From an uncultured Thermoleophilia bacterium (lineage in GTDB: Bacteria; Actinomycetota; Thermoleophilia; UBA2241), in assembly GCA_964519555.1 (NCBI GenBank), contig CAZFJE010000001.1, forward strand, positions 3,654-67,653: DNA of 64,000 bases. Direction: 5' to 3'. A program made the position numbers and the translations under genes. The notes below the pieces were generated by a model that was given only the letters and a program-made list of their open reading frames with translations, was not told where the DNA came from and ran no database searches. Shown one piece after another: positions 45,073-53,292 of the stretch. Within the stretch, counting starts at the first letter, position 1. Every line of letters begins with the position of its first letter.

Positions 45073-47483
45073 GCTCACATCGCCGAGACAAGCCCAGAAA
45101 ACCGTCCCGGGCGGCCCGCAAGTCGGCAGTGGTCTTTACCTGCTCGCGCTGCGGCGAACGCTTTACCGACGGCGAGGCGCTCATGGCCCACGCCGCCGGC
45201 CACAACGGCTCGCGCGTCGATCTGCAGCGCCTGCGCCGCAGGCCCAACGAGCCGCCCGCGACTGCCCAGACCGCCGCCGAACTGCGGGCCAGCGCGCGGG
45301 TGCGCCTCGCCTTCGTCACCCTGTTCGCGGGGTCGTTTGCCCTGTACGCCTTCGGCCGCAGCCTCGAACTGCCCGCCGTCGCGCTCGCCGGCACCCTGGG
45401 CGTGCTGTTCTTCGGTATCGGTGCCGCGCCGCTGCAGCTCGCGCGTGGGCCGCTGCTGGCCGTCCGGCTCGGCGTAGCCGGCCTGGCCGGCCTGTCGGTC
45501 ATGACGATAGGCGGCGCGCTCATGGTCCTCGCGCCGCTGAGCAGCGCGTGGCACCCGTTTCTGTGGGCCGCGATCGTGGTGGCGGCGGCTGCGGCGCTCG
45601 ACGTTGCAGCCGTAGGGCAAGCCCTGCACGACCTGGCCCGGGCCCGCAAGATCTCGGCCCGCGTGCGGTTCGCCTCGCCACTGGGCGACGCGGCTCGCCG
45701 CAGCAGCCTGCCCGTAGCCATCCTCGTCGTCGCCGGCACGGCGGCGTGGCTTGGCGCGGCGCTTGCCGCCGGCCACCTCTCTCCCGGTATCGGCGGCTTT
45801 CTCGTGCGTATCCCACCCGTCTGGTACGCGGGTCTGGCGACACTGATCGTGGCCGTCGTGCTCTCGCGCGGCCGACGCGAGATCTACCCCGCCCTGGCCA
45901 CCGTGTCGCTCGCGTTGGCGCTGACCGTCACTCCCGCGCTCATCTACGCGATGCCGCGCTCGCAGTCGGCCGGCAAGCATGTCCAGCTCGTCCAGCTCAT
46001 CATGACGCACCACCACCTGAGCGCCAGCGCCGGCATCTACGCGGCCTACTCGGCCTTCTTTGCCGGCATCGCCTGGGTGTGCACACTCGCCCGCGTGTCC
46101 GACTCGATCAGCCTGGCGACCTGGTGGCCCGCCATCATCGGCCTCGTCGGTCTCGCCGAGCTGCGCTTCCTGTTCGGCCGTCTGCACCGGTCGAGCTTCC
46201 AGTGCTGGGCCGCCATCATGGTCGTCATGCTCGTCAACGCGTTAGGCGCCGACTACTTCTCGCCGCAGTCGATCGGTTTCGTCATGGCGCTCGGGGTGTA
46301 CGGACTCGCGCTGGCCGGCACCGAGCCCCTCGCCGTCGACGCCTGGCTCCGAGCCTCGCTGCTGTGCCTGGCGGGCTGTGCCATGGCCACGACTCACGAG
46401 CTCAGCCCCTTCATCGCGGGCGGCGTGTTGCTCGTGCTCACCGTCTATGGCCGCACGCGGCCCCGCTGGTCGGCGGCGGCAGTGCTCGTGCCCGCGGCGG
46501 TCTGGGCGGCGATCGACTACCACGTCCTGGCGGGCTACCTGTCGTTCTCGCACCTCCTGCACCTCTCGAACTTCGAGCCGCCCAAGACGGTGGCGGCGCC
46601 TGACTTGGGCCGTCAGGCGATCGTCGGCCTGAGCTCCTACGCACTGCTGCTCGGCTTGCTCCTACTGATCGCGGTCGCCTTCGTCGGTTTCGCGCGCCAC
46701 CGGCGCGAGCCCTGGGCCTGGGCCTTCATGGCTAGCGCTGGAGTCGGCCTCGTCTGCATCGCGGTGAACCCCTACGGCAACGAAGGCATCTTTCGCGCCG
46801 CATTGTTCGGCATCCCCTGGCTGGCGCTCGTCGCGGCGCGGGCGGTAGACCATCCGCCGAACCGTCGCCTCGCCGTCGCCTTCGCCGGCGTGACCCTGCT
46901 GCTGCTCGCCACGTTCCTGGTGGCGAGCTTCGGCATGGACGGCTCCAACGTCATGCGCAAGTCCGACCTGGCTTCGCTGCGCGCCTTCGAAAGCCAGGCG
47001 CCCACCGGCTCGTGCCTCCTGGACCTGGGCTATGGCGACCTGCCCGACAGCGTCCCCAGCCTCCCCGCGACCAGGCATTTCACCGATCTCGAGACGCTCG
47101 ACCAGTCGCTGGGCACAGTTGCCGCCCGGCTCCCGGGGCAGCCGAGCGCCGACGACCTCGCCGCGCTCACCAGCGTCTACGCGCAGACGGCCGGCGTTGG
47201 CGACGGACCCGCTGCCGGCGACCTCTATGTGCGCTGGTCGCCAGCCCAGTCCGAATACGCCTACGAATACGGGCTGCAGTCGCTCCGCCAGTCCGCAGCG
47301 TGGCGCGCCCTGTTGCTCGCCAGCCCCGACTGGAGCGTGGTCTATGCTAGCCACGGTACGTTGCTGATGCGCCTGTCGGCGGCCGCCGAGCGCGAGCTTG
47401 CCACCTCACACGCGGCAGCCGCCATGCGAGCCACGGTCGCGACAGCGATGGCGGCCAACCCAAGGCCGGGCGTGGCGCGATGA
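45069..47483 (+). CDS. 805-aa polytopic membrane protein with an N-terminal classical C2H2 zinc finger and a C-terminal soluble domain (putative polymerase or GT-C-like enzyme)
   Basis: The ATG overlaps the previous stop (ATGA). Residues 23-45, FTCSRCGERFTDGEALMAHAAGH, match F-x-C-x2-C-x3-F-x5-L-x2-H-x3-H. They are followed by about 16 hydrophobic helices and a ~200-aa hydrophilic tail. Confidence 0.8.
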   Translation: MSSHRRDKPRKPSRAARKSAVVFTCSRCGERFTDGEALMAHAAGHNGSRVDLQRLRRRPNEPPATAQTAAELRASARVRLAFVTLFAGSFALYAFGRSLELPAVALAGTLGVLFFGIGAAPLQLARGPLLAVRLGVAGLAGLSVMTIGGALMVLAPLSSAWHPFLWAAIVVAAAAALDVAAVGQALHDLARARKISARVRFASPLGDAARRSSLPVAILVVAGTAAWLGAALAAGHLSPGIGGFLVRIPPVWYAGLATLIVAVVLSRGRREIYPALATVSLALALTVTPALIYAMPRSQSAGKHVQLVQLIMTHHHLSASAGIYAAYSAFFAGIAWVCTLARVSDSISLATWWPAIIGLVGLAELRFLFGRLHRSSFQCWAAIMVVMLVNALGADYFSPQSIGFVMALGVYGLALAGTEPLAVDAWLRASLLCLAGCAMATTHELSPFIAGGVLLVLTVYGRTRPRWSAAAVLVPAAVWAAIDYHVLAGYLSFSHLLHLSNFEPPKTVAAPDLGRQAIVGLSSYALLLGLLLLIAVAFVGFARHRREPWAWAFMASAGVGLVCIAVNPYGNEGIFRAALFGIPWLALVAARAVDHPPNRRLAVAFAGVTLLLLATFLVASFGMDGSNVMRKSDLASLRAFESQAPTGSCLLDLGYGDLPDSVPSLPATRHFTDLETLDQSLGTVAARLPGQPSADDLAALTSVYAQTAGVGDGPAAGDLYVRWSPAQSEYAYEYGLQSLRQSAAWRALLLASPDWSVVYASHGTLLMRLSAAAERELATSHAAAAMRATVATAMAANPRPGVAR

Positions 47484-49051
47484 GCGACGCTCCGGCTGCG
47501 GCCGCTCTCTCAGAGCCGTACGACCGCCGCCCGGCGACGCGCCTCGCGGAGTCCGAGCAGCCGGCCGCCGCCCGGCTCGACGTCGAAGCGCAGACCGCCC
47601 AAGCACTGCGCGGCCTCTTCGGACGCGACTCGATCTACGTCGTGTTGTGGGGCGTGCAGCTCGGCGTCGCCGCGCTGTGCACGCCGGTCATCACGCGCGT
47701 GCTCGGGCCCGTGAGGTTCGGCGTGGTGGCCTCGTCGATCGCGGTCATGCAGGTCCTGGTCGCTCTCGGCGGCGCGAGCCTGCAGACGGCCGTGCAATGG
47801 CAGTTCGCCAAACCAGGCGGCGACCACGGTGCCCGCCGCCTGGTCACGCTCGCGATGGTGGTCTCGGGACTCGTGTTCCTCGTGGCCGACGCCACCGGCC
47901 CGTGGTGGTGTCCACGACTCGGACTCGGAGCGTACGGGGGCGCCGTGCGCTACGCGGTCATCTGGGCGGCCCTGACCGCCGTCAGCAACGCCGCCCTCGG
48001 GCTCATCCGCAGCCGCGACCGGCTCTCAGCGTTTGCCGTCGTCAGCCTCATGCAGTCGGTCGTGGCGGAAGCTCTGAGCCTGCTGCTCGTGGTGGCGGTG
48101 CATCGCACGGCGGCCGAGTTCCTGCTCGGCCAGGCGGTCGCGCAGGCCGTGGCAGTGGCCATAGCGCTCGCGGTGGCCCGCCCGGCGCTGATACGGCGAC
48201 GCCACGCCCGCATGCTCGGCGCCGGCCTGCGCTACTCGATCGCCCTGGTGCCGGCCGCCCTGGCGATCTTCGCCCTGCAGGCGGCCGACCGCTTGATCGT
48301 CCAGCACGACCTGGGGTCGGCAGCGGTCGCCCGCTACTCGATCGCCAACAACATCGGCTCGTTACCGATCCTGCTGCTCAGCGTCCTGAACGCGGTCTGG
48401 CTGCCGCGTGTCTTTGCGGTTGCGACCAGCAGCTTACGGCGCTCTGTCCTGACACAGAGTCGTGACGCACTGTACGGTCTCCTGGTCCCGGCGGTGATCG
48501 GTCTCGCCGTCGGGGCGCCACTCGTCCTGCGCGTCTGGGCGCCCGCCTCGTACCGTCCCGACGGGCTGCAGCTCGTGGTCGCTCTGGTGGCCATCGCCTC
48601 GCTTCCGGTCGCCGGGATGCTGGCCGCCACCAGAGTGCTGCTCGTCGCGGGCAGCACCCTGGCGATCGGGCTCCTCACCCTGGCCGCCGGCGCGGCCAAC
48701 ATCGCCTTGAACATCGTGCTCGTGCCGCTCCTGGGCATCGCGGGATCGGCATTGGCCGCGCTCGCAAGCTACGCCTTGCTGCACGCCCTGCTCGCCCGTG
48801 CGTCGTCGCGTGACCAGCGCCTGCCGAGGCCGCGGACCACGCTCCTCATCAAGCTCGCCGTGGGCGCCGCCATCGCGCTGGCGGCCAGCCGGCTGCCGAC
48901 GACGACGCCGTTCCTGGCGGCCCGCATGGTCATCGCCCTCGGCTGCCTTGCGGCCATGGGCACCGTGATGCTGACGATCGTCGCGCCCAAGGGCGGCTCG
49001 CTTGCCGCGCGCGTCGCGGCATTGCTCGACCCGCTGTCGCGGACGGTCTGA
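47480..49051 (+). CDS. Wzx-like polysaccharide flippase (MOP superfamily)
   Basis: About 14 TM helices. DSIYVVLWGVQLGVAALCTPVITRVLGPVRFGVV and the LRYSIALVPAALAIFALQAADRLIV pattern are as in polysaccharide biosynthesis (PST) proteins. There is an ATGA overlap with the previous gene. Confidence 0.75.
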   Translation: MSDAPAAAALSEPYDRRPATRLAESEQPAAARLDVEAQTAQALRGLFGRDSIYVVLWGVQLGVAALCTPVITRVLGPVRFGVVASSIAVMQVLVALGGASLQTAVQWQFAKPGGDHGARRLVTLAMVVSGLVFLVADATGPWWCPRLGLGAYGGAVRYAVIWAALTAVSNAALGLIRSRDRLSAFAVVSLMQSVVAEALSLLLVVAVHRTAAEFLLGQAVAQAVAVAIALAVARPALIRRRHARMLGAGLRYSIALVPAALAIFALQAADRLIVQHDLGSAAVARYSIANNIGSLPILLLSVLNAVWLPRVFAVATSSLRRSVLTQSRDALYGLLVPAVIGLAVGAPLVLRVWAPASYRPDGLQLVVALVAIASLPVAGMLAATRVLLVAGSTLAIGLLTLAAGAANIALNIVLVPLLGIAGSALAALASYALLHALLARASSRDQRLPRPRTTLLIKLAVGAAIALAASRLPTTTPFLAARMVIALGCLAAMGTVMLTIVAPKGGSLAARVAALLDPLSRTV

Positions 49052-49976
49052 TACGGCACCGCCACTCGTCATCGTCCTCGCCCACGACGACGCGGCCAAG
49101 GTCGCGCGCCTCATCGCCGCGCTGGACGGCCTCGAGGTCTTGCTACACTGCGACCGCCGCACGCGCGGATCGGTCTTCGGCGACATGATGCGCGGCGCCG
49201 GCGCCAACGTGCGCGCCCTGCCTCGTCTGACCACGACCCTGGCGAGCTGGTCGCTCGTCGATGCCGAGCTGCGTGCGCTGCGGGTCTGGCTCGAGACCAG
49301 CCGCGCCGAGCACGCGATCGTCCTGTCGGGCTCCTGCTATCCGTTGGTCTCGGTGTCCGAGCTGGCCGACGAGCTCGCGCTGTGGACGGGTAAGTCGCGC
49401 CTCTCCCTCAACCCGCTGCCCCACGAGCCCTGGAGCACGCGACGCAACGACGACGGCGGGCTGTGGCGCCTGAGGCGACGCTTCGTCACCGTCGGTGGAC
49501 GGGTCGTCTTCGTGGGCGGCATCCCCCTGCGCACCGTACGGCGGGAACCGCCCGGCGACCTGACGCTGTGCGCCTCCTCGCAATGGAAGATCTACTCGCG
49601 ACGCCACGGCGCCGCGCTGCTGCGCGTGCTCGACGAGCGGCCCGACCTGCTGCGCTTCTGGCGCACGACCCTCGTGCCCGACGAGTCGTGCGTCGCCTCG
49701 ATCCTGAGCTCACCCCAGCTGGTCGGCGACCTGAGCGACGATGTCTGCGACGACCTGCCCTGGTATCTCGACTGGAACGGCTCGACGCGCGCGGGACACC
49801 CCCGGTGGCTGACGGCCGCCGACCTCGGCGCCCTCGCGGCGGCGCGCGCCGCGCCGCCGCGTCCCACCGACCGCTGGGTCGACGGTCGCGACGGCTTTCG
49901 CAAGCTGTTCGCCCGCAAGATCTCGTCACGCGAGCCCGACCTGCTCGACGCGCTCGACCAGCGCCTGCTCGCCTGA
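49002..49976 (+). CDS. GT14 (core-2/I-branching enzyme family) glycosyltransferase
   Basis: Motifs are LVIVLAHDDAAKVARLIAAL, IVLSGSCYPL, CASSQWKIYSRRH, LVPDESCVASIL, YLDW and FARKIS. The only canonical start upstream of the first beta-strand is TTG 49002, which overlaps the flippase gene by 50 nt. Confidence 0.75.
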   Translation: MPRASRHCSTRCRGRSDTAPPLVIVLAHDDAAKVARLIAALDGLEVLLHCDRRTRGSVFGDMMRGAGANVRALPRLTTTLASWSLVDAELRALRVWLETSRAEHAIVLSGSCYPLVSVSELADELALWTGKSRLSLNPLPHEPWSTRRNDDGGLWRLRRRFVTVGGRVVFVGGIPLRTVRREPPGDLTLCASSQWKIYSRRHGAALLRVLDERPDLLRFWRTTLVPDESCVASILSSPQLVGDLSDDVCDDLPWYLDWNGSTRAGHPRWLTAADLGALAAARAAPPRPTDRWVDGRDGFRKLFARKISSREPDLLDALDQRLLA

Positions 49977-49981
49977 GAGCG

Positions 49982-50004
49982 CGGCCGGCCCCGCGCGCCG
50001 GCCG
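49982..50004 (+). terminator. GC hairpin after the GT14 gene
   Basis: cggccggc-cccgcgc-gccggccg forms an 8-bp stem. It starts 6 nt after the stop at 49976. There is no U-tract. Confidence 0.3.
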
Positions 50005-50212
50005 GCAGTCGCACCACACTCCCCGGAAGCCCGCCATGCCCCGTGAGGCAGGCCGGCCGTCGTACCGTGACGGACTTCACGACGTCGCAAGGTGACCCTG
50101 CTCCCCCCGCGAGGTAGACGACGAACGTGGCATGACAGGCCCAGTACCTACGCTCGGGCGACTTGTTCCCGACGCCTCTGGGTATGGGTCTTCAACTTTG
50201 CCGCGCAGGGTT

Positions 50213-51493
50213 ATGAGGGTCTCCAGTGCGGCCGATGCCGTACACAGGTTCAGGTATGTCCCCCTCACGAAAAGGCCCGGCACAGTGACCCAGAAGCCCC
50301 CCGACGACGGTGCCATCGCGCTCACCGCGCTGCCGGCGAAAGGCCGGCCGTCGTTCGTCGTCACCGGACTCTTAGGCTTGTCGTTGGTCGTCGCCGCACT
50401 CGTGGCGTTGTCGCTCATCGCCGCGCCGCTCGCCCACGCCGGCGCCGCGCGCACCGCTTCGTTTTCGTGCCGGGCGAAAGTCGTGTCGGTCAACGCCGCC
50501 GCAGGCACGCTCGTGGTCGACCTGCAGAGCGGCTCGCCGGTGATCATGGCGCTTCGCGCCGTCAACGTCACGATGACCACCAGCCCGAAGACCGCGTTCG
50601 TCGACGCCACGCACGGCTCGACGCCGCTCTCGCTGACCGACATGGTCGCCGGCGCGACCGTTCAGGCAAGCGGCGCCGTCGGCCGCACCGGCCGCGGTTC
50701 GACCTGCCAAGCCGCGAAGGTCGTCCTTGAGAGCCTGCCCGCCGACAAGCTGCTGTGGTCCGACGAATTCAGCGGAGCGGCGGGGTCGTCGCCCGACCCC
50801 ACCAAGTGGCTTGTCGACACCGGGGGCAGCGGCTTCGGCAACAACGAGCTCGAGTACTACACGTCGCGGGCGAGCAACGTCGCTCAGGACGGCGCCGGCC
50901 ACCTGAAGATCACCGCGCTCCGCGAGAGCTACAGCGACGGCGCGGTCACGCGCTCCTACACGTCGGGCAAGATCGAGAGCAAAGGTAAGTACAACACCTC
51001 CTACGGGTCGATCCAGGCGCGCATCAAGCTGCCCGCGGGCCAGGGACTCTGGCCCGCCTTCTGGGCCATCGGCGCCGACATCGACACGGTGGGCTGGCCG
51101 CACTGCGGCGAGATGGACATCATGGAGAACCTCGGCCGCGACCCCTACCGCGTGTTCGGCAGCCTTCACGGTCCGTGCGCGTCGGGCACTCAGGCCTACG
51201 GGCTGACGAGCTCCACGCGCAGCGTTGTCGCGCTCTCGCAGGGGTTCCACGTGTACGGCGTCGACTGGTCGCCGAGCCTCGTGCAGATGACCCTCGACGG
51301 CGTGCCCTACGCCTCGTACACCCCGACCTCGCTCCCACACGGCTGCCAGTGGGTATTCACCAAACCCGCCTTCCTGATCTTGGACCTGGCGGTCGGCGGC
51401 AACTGGCCGGGCGCGCCCACGGCGGCGACACGCTTTCCGGCCACCATGCTGGTCGACTGGGTGCGCGCCTACGGCTACACGACCCAGGGCTGA
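50213..51493 (+). CDS. Secreted GH16 beta-glucanase with an N-terminal Cys-headed beta-domain (same family as 34560..35540)
   Basis: The signal/anchor is FVVTGLLGLSLVVAALVALSLIAAPLAHA. The domain FSCRAKVVSVNAAAGTLVV..MVAGATVQASGAV spans 50462..50731. GH16 motifs are LLWSDEF, NNELEYYT, GLWPAFWA and the catalytic GEMDIME (ExDxxE). The start may be ATG 50213, GTG 50285 or the listed 50132. Confidence 0.85.
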   Translation: MRVSSAADAVHRFRYVPLTKRPGTVTQKPPDDGAIALTALPAKGRPSFVVTGLLGLSLVVAALVALSLIAAPLAHAGAARTASFSCRAKVVSVNAAAGTLVVDLQSGSPVIMALRAVNVTMTTSPKTAFVDATHGSTPLSLTDMVAGATVQASGAVGRTGRGSTCQAAKVVLESLPADKLLWSDEFSGAAGSSPDPTKWLVDTGGSGFGNNELEYYTSRASNVAQDGAGHLKITALRESYSDGAVTRSYTSGKIESKGKYNTSYGSIQARIKLPAGQGLWPAFWAIGADIDTVGWPHCGEMDIMENLGRDPYRVFGSLHGPCASGTQAYGLTSSTRSVVALSQGFHVYGVDWSPSLVQMTLDGVPYASYTPTSLPHGCQWVFTKPAFLILDLAVGGNWPGAPTAATRFPATMLVDWVRAYGYTTQG

Positions 51494-51558
51494 CGGTCAC
51501 TGGCCGGCGCCCGGCGGAGCACCACCGCCGCCGAGCCCCGAGCCGCCAGTGAGGCTGT

Positions 51559-51705
51559 TCAGCAGGCCGTGACGAGCACGGCCGTCTCGGTGAACTCGAC
51601 CTCGAGCGACGAAGGCGTGAGCCCCACGGCCGCAGCGGCGCGCGTGACCGTGCCGCACACGTCGGCGCGCAACACCTCGCGCGCCGAGACGTTGACCGCG
51701 AGCCT
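51559..51705 (-). pseudogene. Short relic of an EAL-domain (c-di-GMP phosphodiesterase) gene
   Basis: RLAVNVSAREVLRADVCGTVTRAAAAVGLTPSSLEVEFTETAVLV matches the EAL-domain segment that contains the conserved NxS and E-x-TE motifs. The rest of the domain is absent in all frames on either side. Confidence 0.4.
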
Positions 51706-51728
51706 GGGGGCGCCTGGAGGAGCGCGAG

Positions 51729-51842
51729 TTTGCGGGCAGTTCCCACAAACTATACAGGTCACACTATTCGAGGTCTTTGGTTCTTGCCGTATTATGTTGA
51801 TGGTTTACCGTTCCCACAAAAGGGATACCTGTGGTTTGCGGG
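51729..51842 (+). promoter_or_regulatory. Operator-like repeat set upstream of the BlaI-family gene
   Basis: The exact 11-mer gttcccacaaa occurs at 51739 and 51810. tttgcggg occurs at 51729 and 51835, which is an imperfect inverted partner of cccacaaa. tatacaggt (51751) and atacctgt (51825) contain the complementary hexamers acaggt/acctgt. This is a low-GC island. Confidence 0.35.
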
Positions 51843-51912
51843 CCACAGCGTGCTCCAGCCCGGCCTCTCACGGCGACCGTCCTGTCAGTATGATGCTTTG
51901 AAAGGCAGATCC

Positions 51913-52329
51913 ATGGAACCAACCATGAAATGGCTCAAGAACACCAAGGGCAGCCCGTTCACCGGCATCGGCTCGCTCGAAGCCGACATCCTGGCGATCA
52001 TCTGGGAACGCAAGCAGTCGACCGTGCGCGACGTCTACGAGACGCTCCGCGAGCAGCGCCAGATCGCCTACACGACCGTGATGACGGTCATGAACAACCT
52101 GGTCAAGAAAGAGCTTCTCACGCAGGATCGCACCGCGATCGCCTACGTGTACACGCCGGCCATCCCCGGCAACGAAGTGGCGAGCACCATCATGGACAGC
52201 GTGGTCGAGCGACTGTTCCGCGGCCGGCTCAACGTTGCCCTCTCCCACCTGCTCGGTCTCGAGCGCGACCTCGACCCGGCGCAGGCCGCGGAGTTGCGCA
52301 CCTACGCAGAAGAGCATTTCGCCGCCTGA
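51913..52329 (+). CDS. BlaI/MecI/CopY-family transcriptional repressor (orphan, no adjacent BlaR1-type sensor)
   Basis: LEADILAIIWERKQSTVRDVYETLREQRQIAYTTVMTVMNNLVKKELL is the winged-helix region typical of Penicillinase_R. The start is ATG 51913 or 51925. Confidence 0.85.
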   Translation: MEPTMKWLKNTKGSPFTGIGSLEADILAIIWERKQSTVRDVYETLREQRQIAYTTVMTVMNNLVKKELLTQDRTAIAYVYTPAIPGNEVASTIMDSVVERLFRGRLNVALSHLLGLERDLDPAQAAELRTYAEEHFAA

Positions 52330-52401
52330 CATCGCGAGCGGCGGCGGCCGCGAACGCGGGTAGAGCGCCGAGCGCGGATCTCAAGGACCGCCCGGCCGCC
52401 G

Positions 52402-53292
52402 TTACGACACTGTCGACAGCTCGACCGGCGACGACAGGTCGAGGCCGCGCCAGGCGTCGTCGGCCAGCCCCACCGCGGCGCCGCACTTGTAGTCGAGCGA
52501 GTGACGCCCGGGGATCGAGCGGCAGACCGCGGCGGCGCACTGTTCCATAAAGGCAAAGGCGGTGTCGGAGTCGGCCCGGTGACCGGCGAGCGAGGCCTCG
52601 ACCTGCGCGTCGCGAAACGCCGTCTCGCCGACCGCGCCGAGCGCGACCCGGGCCGTGGTAAGGCGCCCCTCGGCGGCCTGGTAGCCCACCACGACGGCCA
52701 CGCTCAGCCGTGCGACCGAGAGCGTCGAGCGCGAGCCGATCTTGGCGAACGTCGCGCGAACGCCGTCGTCGAGAGGCGCAAAGGAAAAGCCGACGATGGC
52801 CTCGCCACAGCTCAGCGTGGTCTTCCCGGCGCCGGCCAGCACTGCTTCGAGCGGTTCGCGCCGCGTCCGTCCGGCGCCGTCCCAGATCTCGACCTCGGCG
52901 CCCAGCGCGAGCAGCGCCGGGATGCTGTCGCCGCACGGCGAGGCGTTGGCGACGTTGCCCCCGACCGTCGCCACGTTGCGGATCTGCAGAGAACCGACCG
53001 CCGCCGCGGCCAGGGCGAGGCAGCGGGCGTGGCGCACCACCAGGGGATCGGCCTGCAACCGGGTGAACGTGGCCATCGCACCCACCCGCAGAAGGCCGTC
53101 GTCGAGCGTCACGTGGTCGAGCTCGGCCATGGCAGAGAGGTCGACGATCAGGTCGGGGCGGTGGCGTTGCTGGGTCGTGGCCCGTACCAGATCGGTGCCG
53201 CCAGCCAGCAGCCGGCTGTCGCGCGTCATCTCGCCCAGGGCGGCCGTGAGCTCGGAGCGGTCGCGCGGAGTCAGGAGCCTCGTGGCGCTCAT
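52402..53292 (-). CDS. Molybdenum hydroxylase FAD-binding (medium) subunit
   Basis: Motifs are LLAGGTDLV, IDLSAMAELDHV and LQIRNVATVGGNVANASPCGDSIPALLAL. The start overlaps the 2Fe-2S subunit stop by 4 nt. Confidence 0.85.
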   Translation of the reverse strand: MSATRLLTPRDRSELTAALGEMTRDSRLLAGGTDLVRATTQQRHRPDLIVDLSAMAELDHVTLDDGLLRVGAMATFTRLQADPLVVRHARCLALAAAAVGSLQIRNVATVGGNVANASPCGDSIPALLALGAEVEIWDGAGRTRREPLEAVLAGAGKTTLSCGEAIVGFSFAPLDDGVRATFAKIGSRSTLSVARLSVAVVVGYQAAEGRLTTARVALGAVGETAFRDAQVEASLAGHRADSDTAFAFMEQCAAAVCRSIPGRHSLDYKCGAAVGLADDAWRGLDLSSPVELSTVS

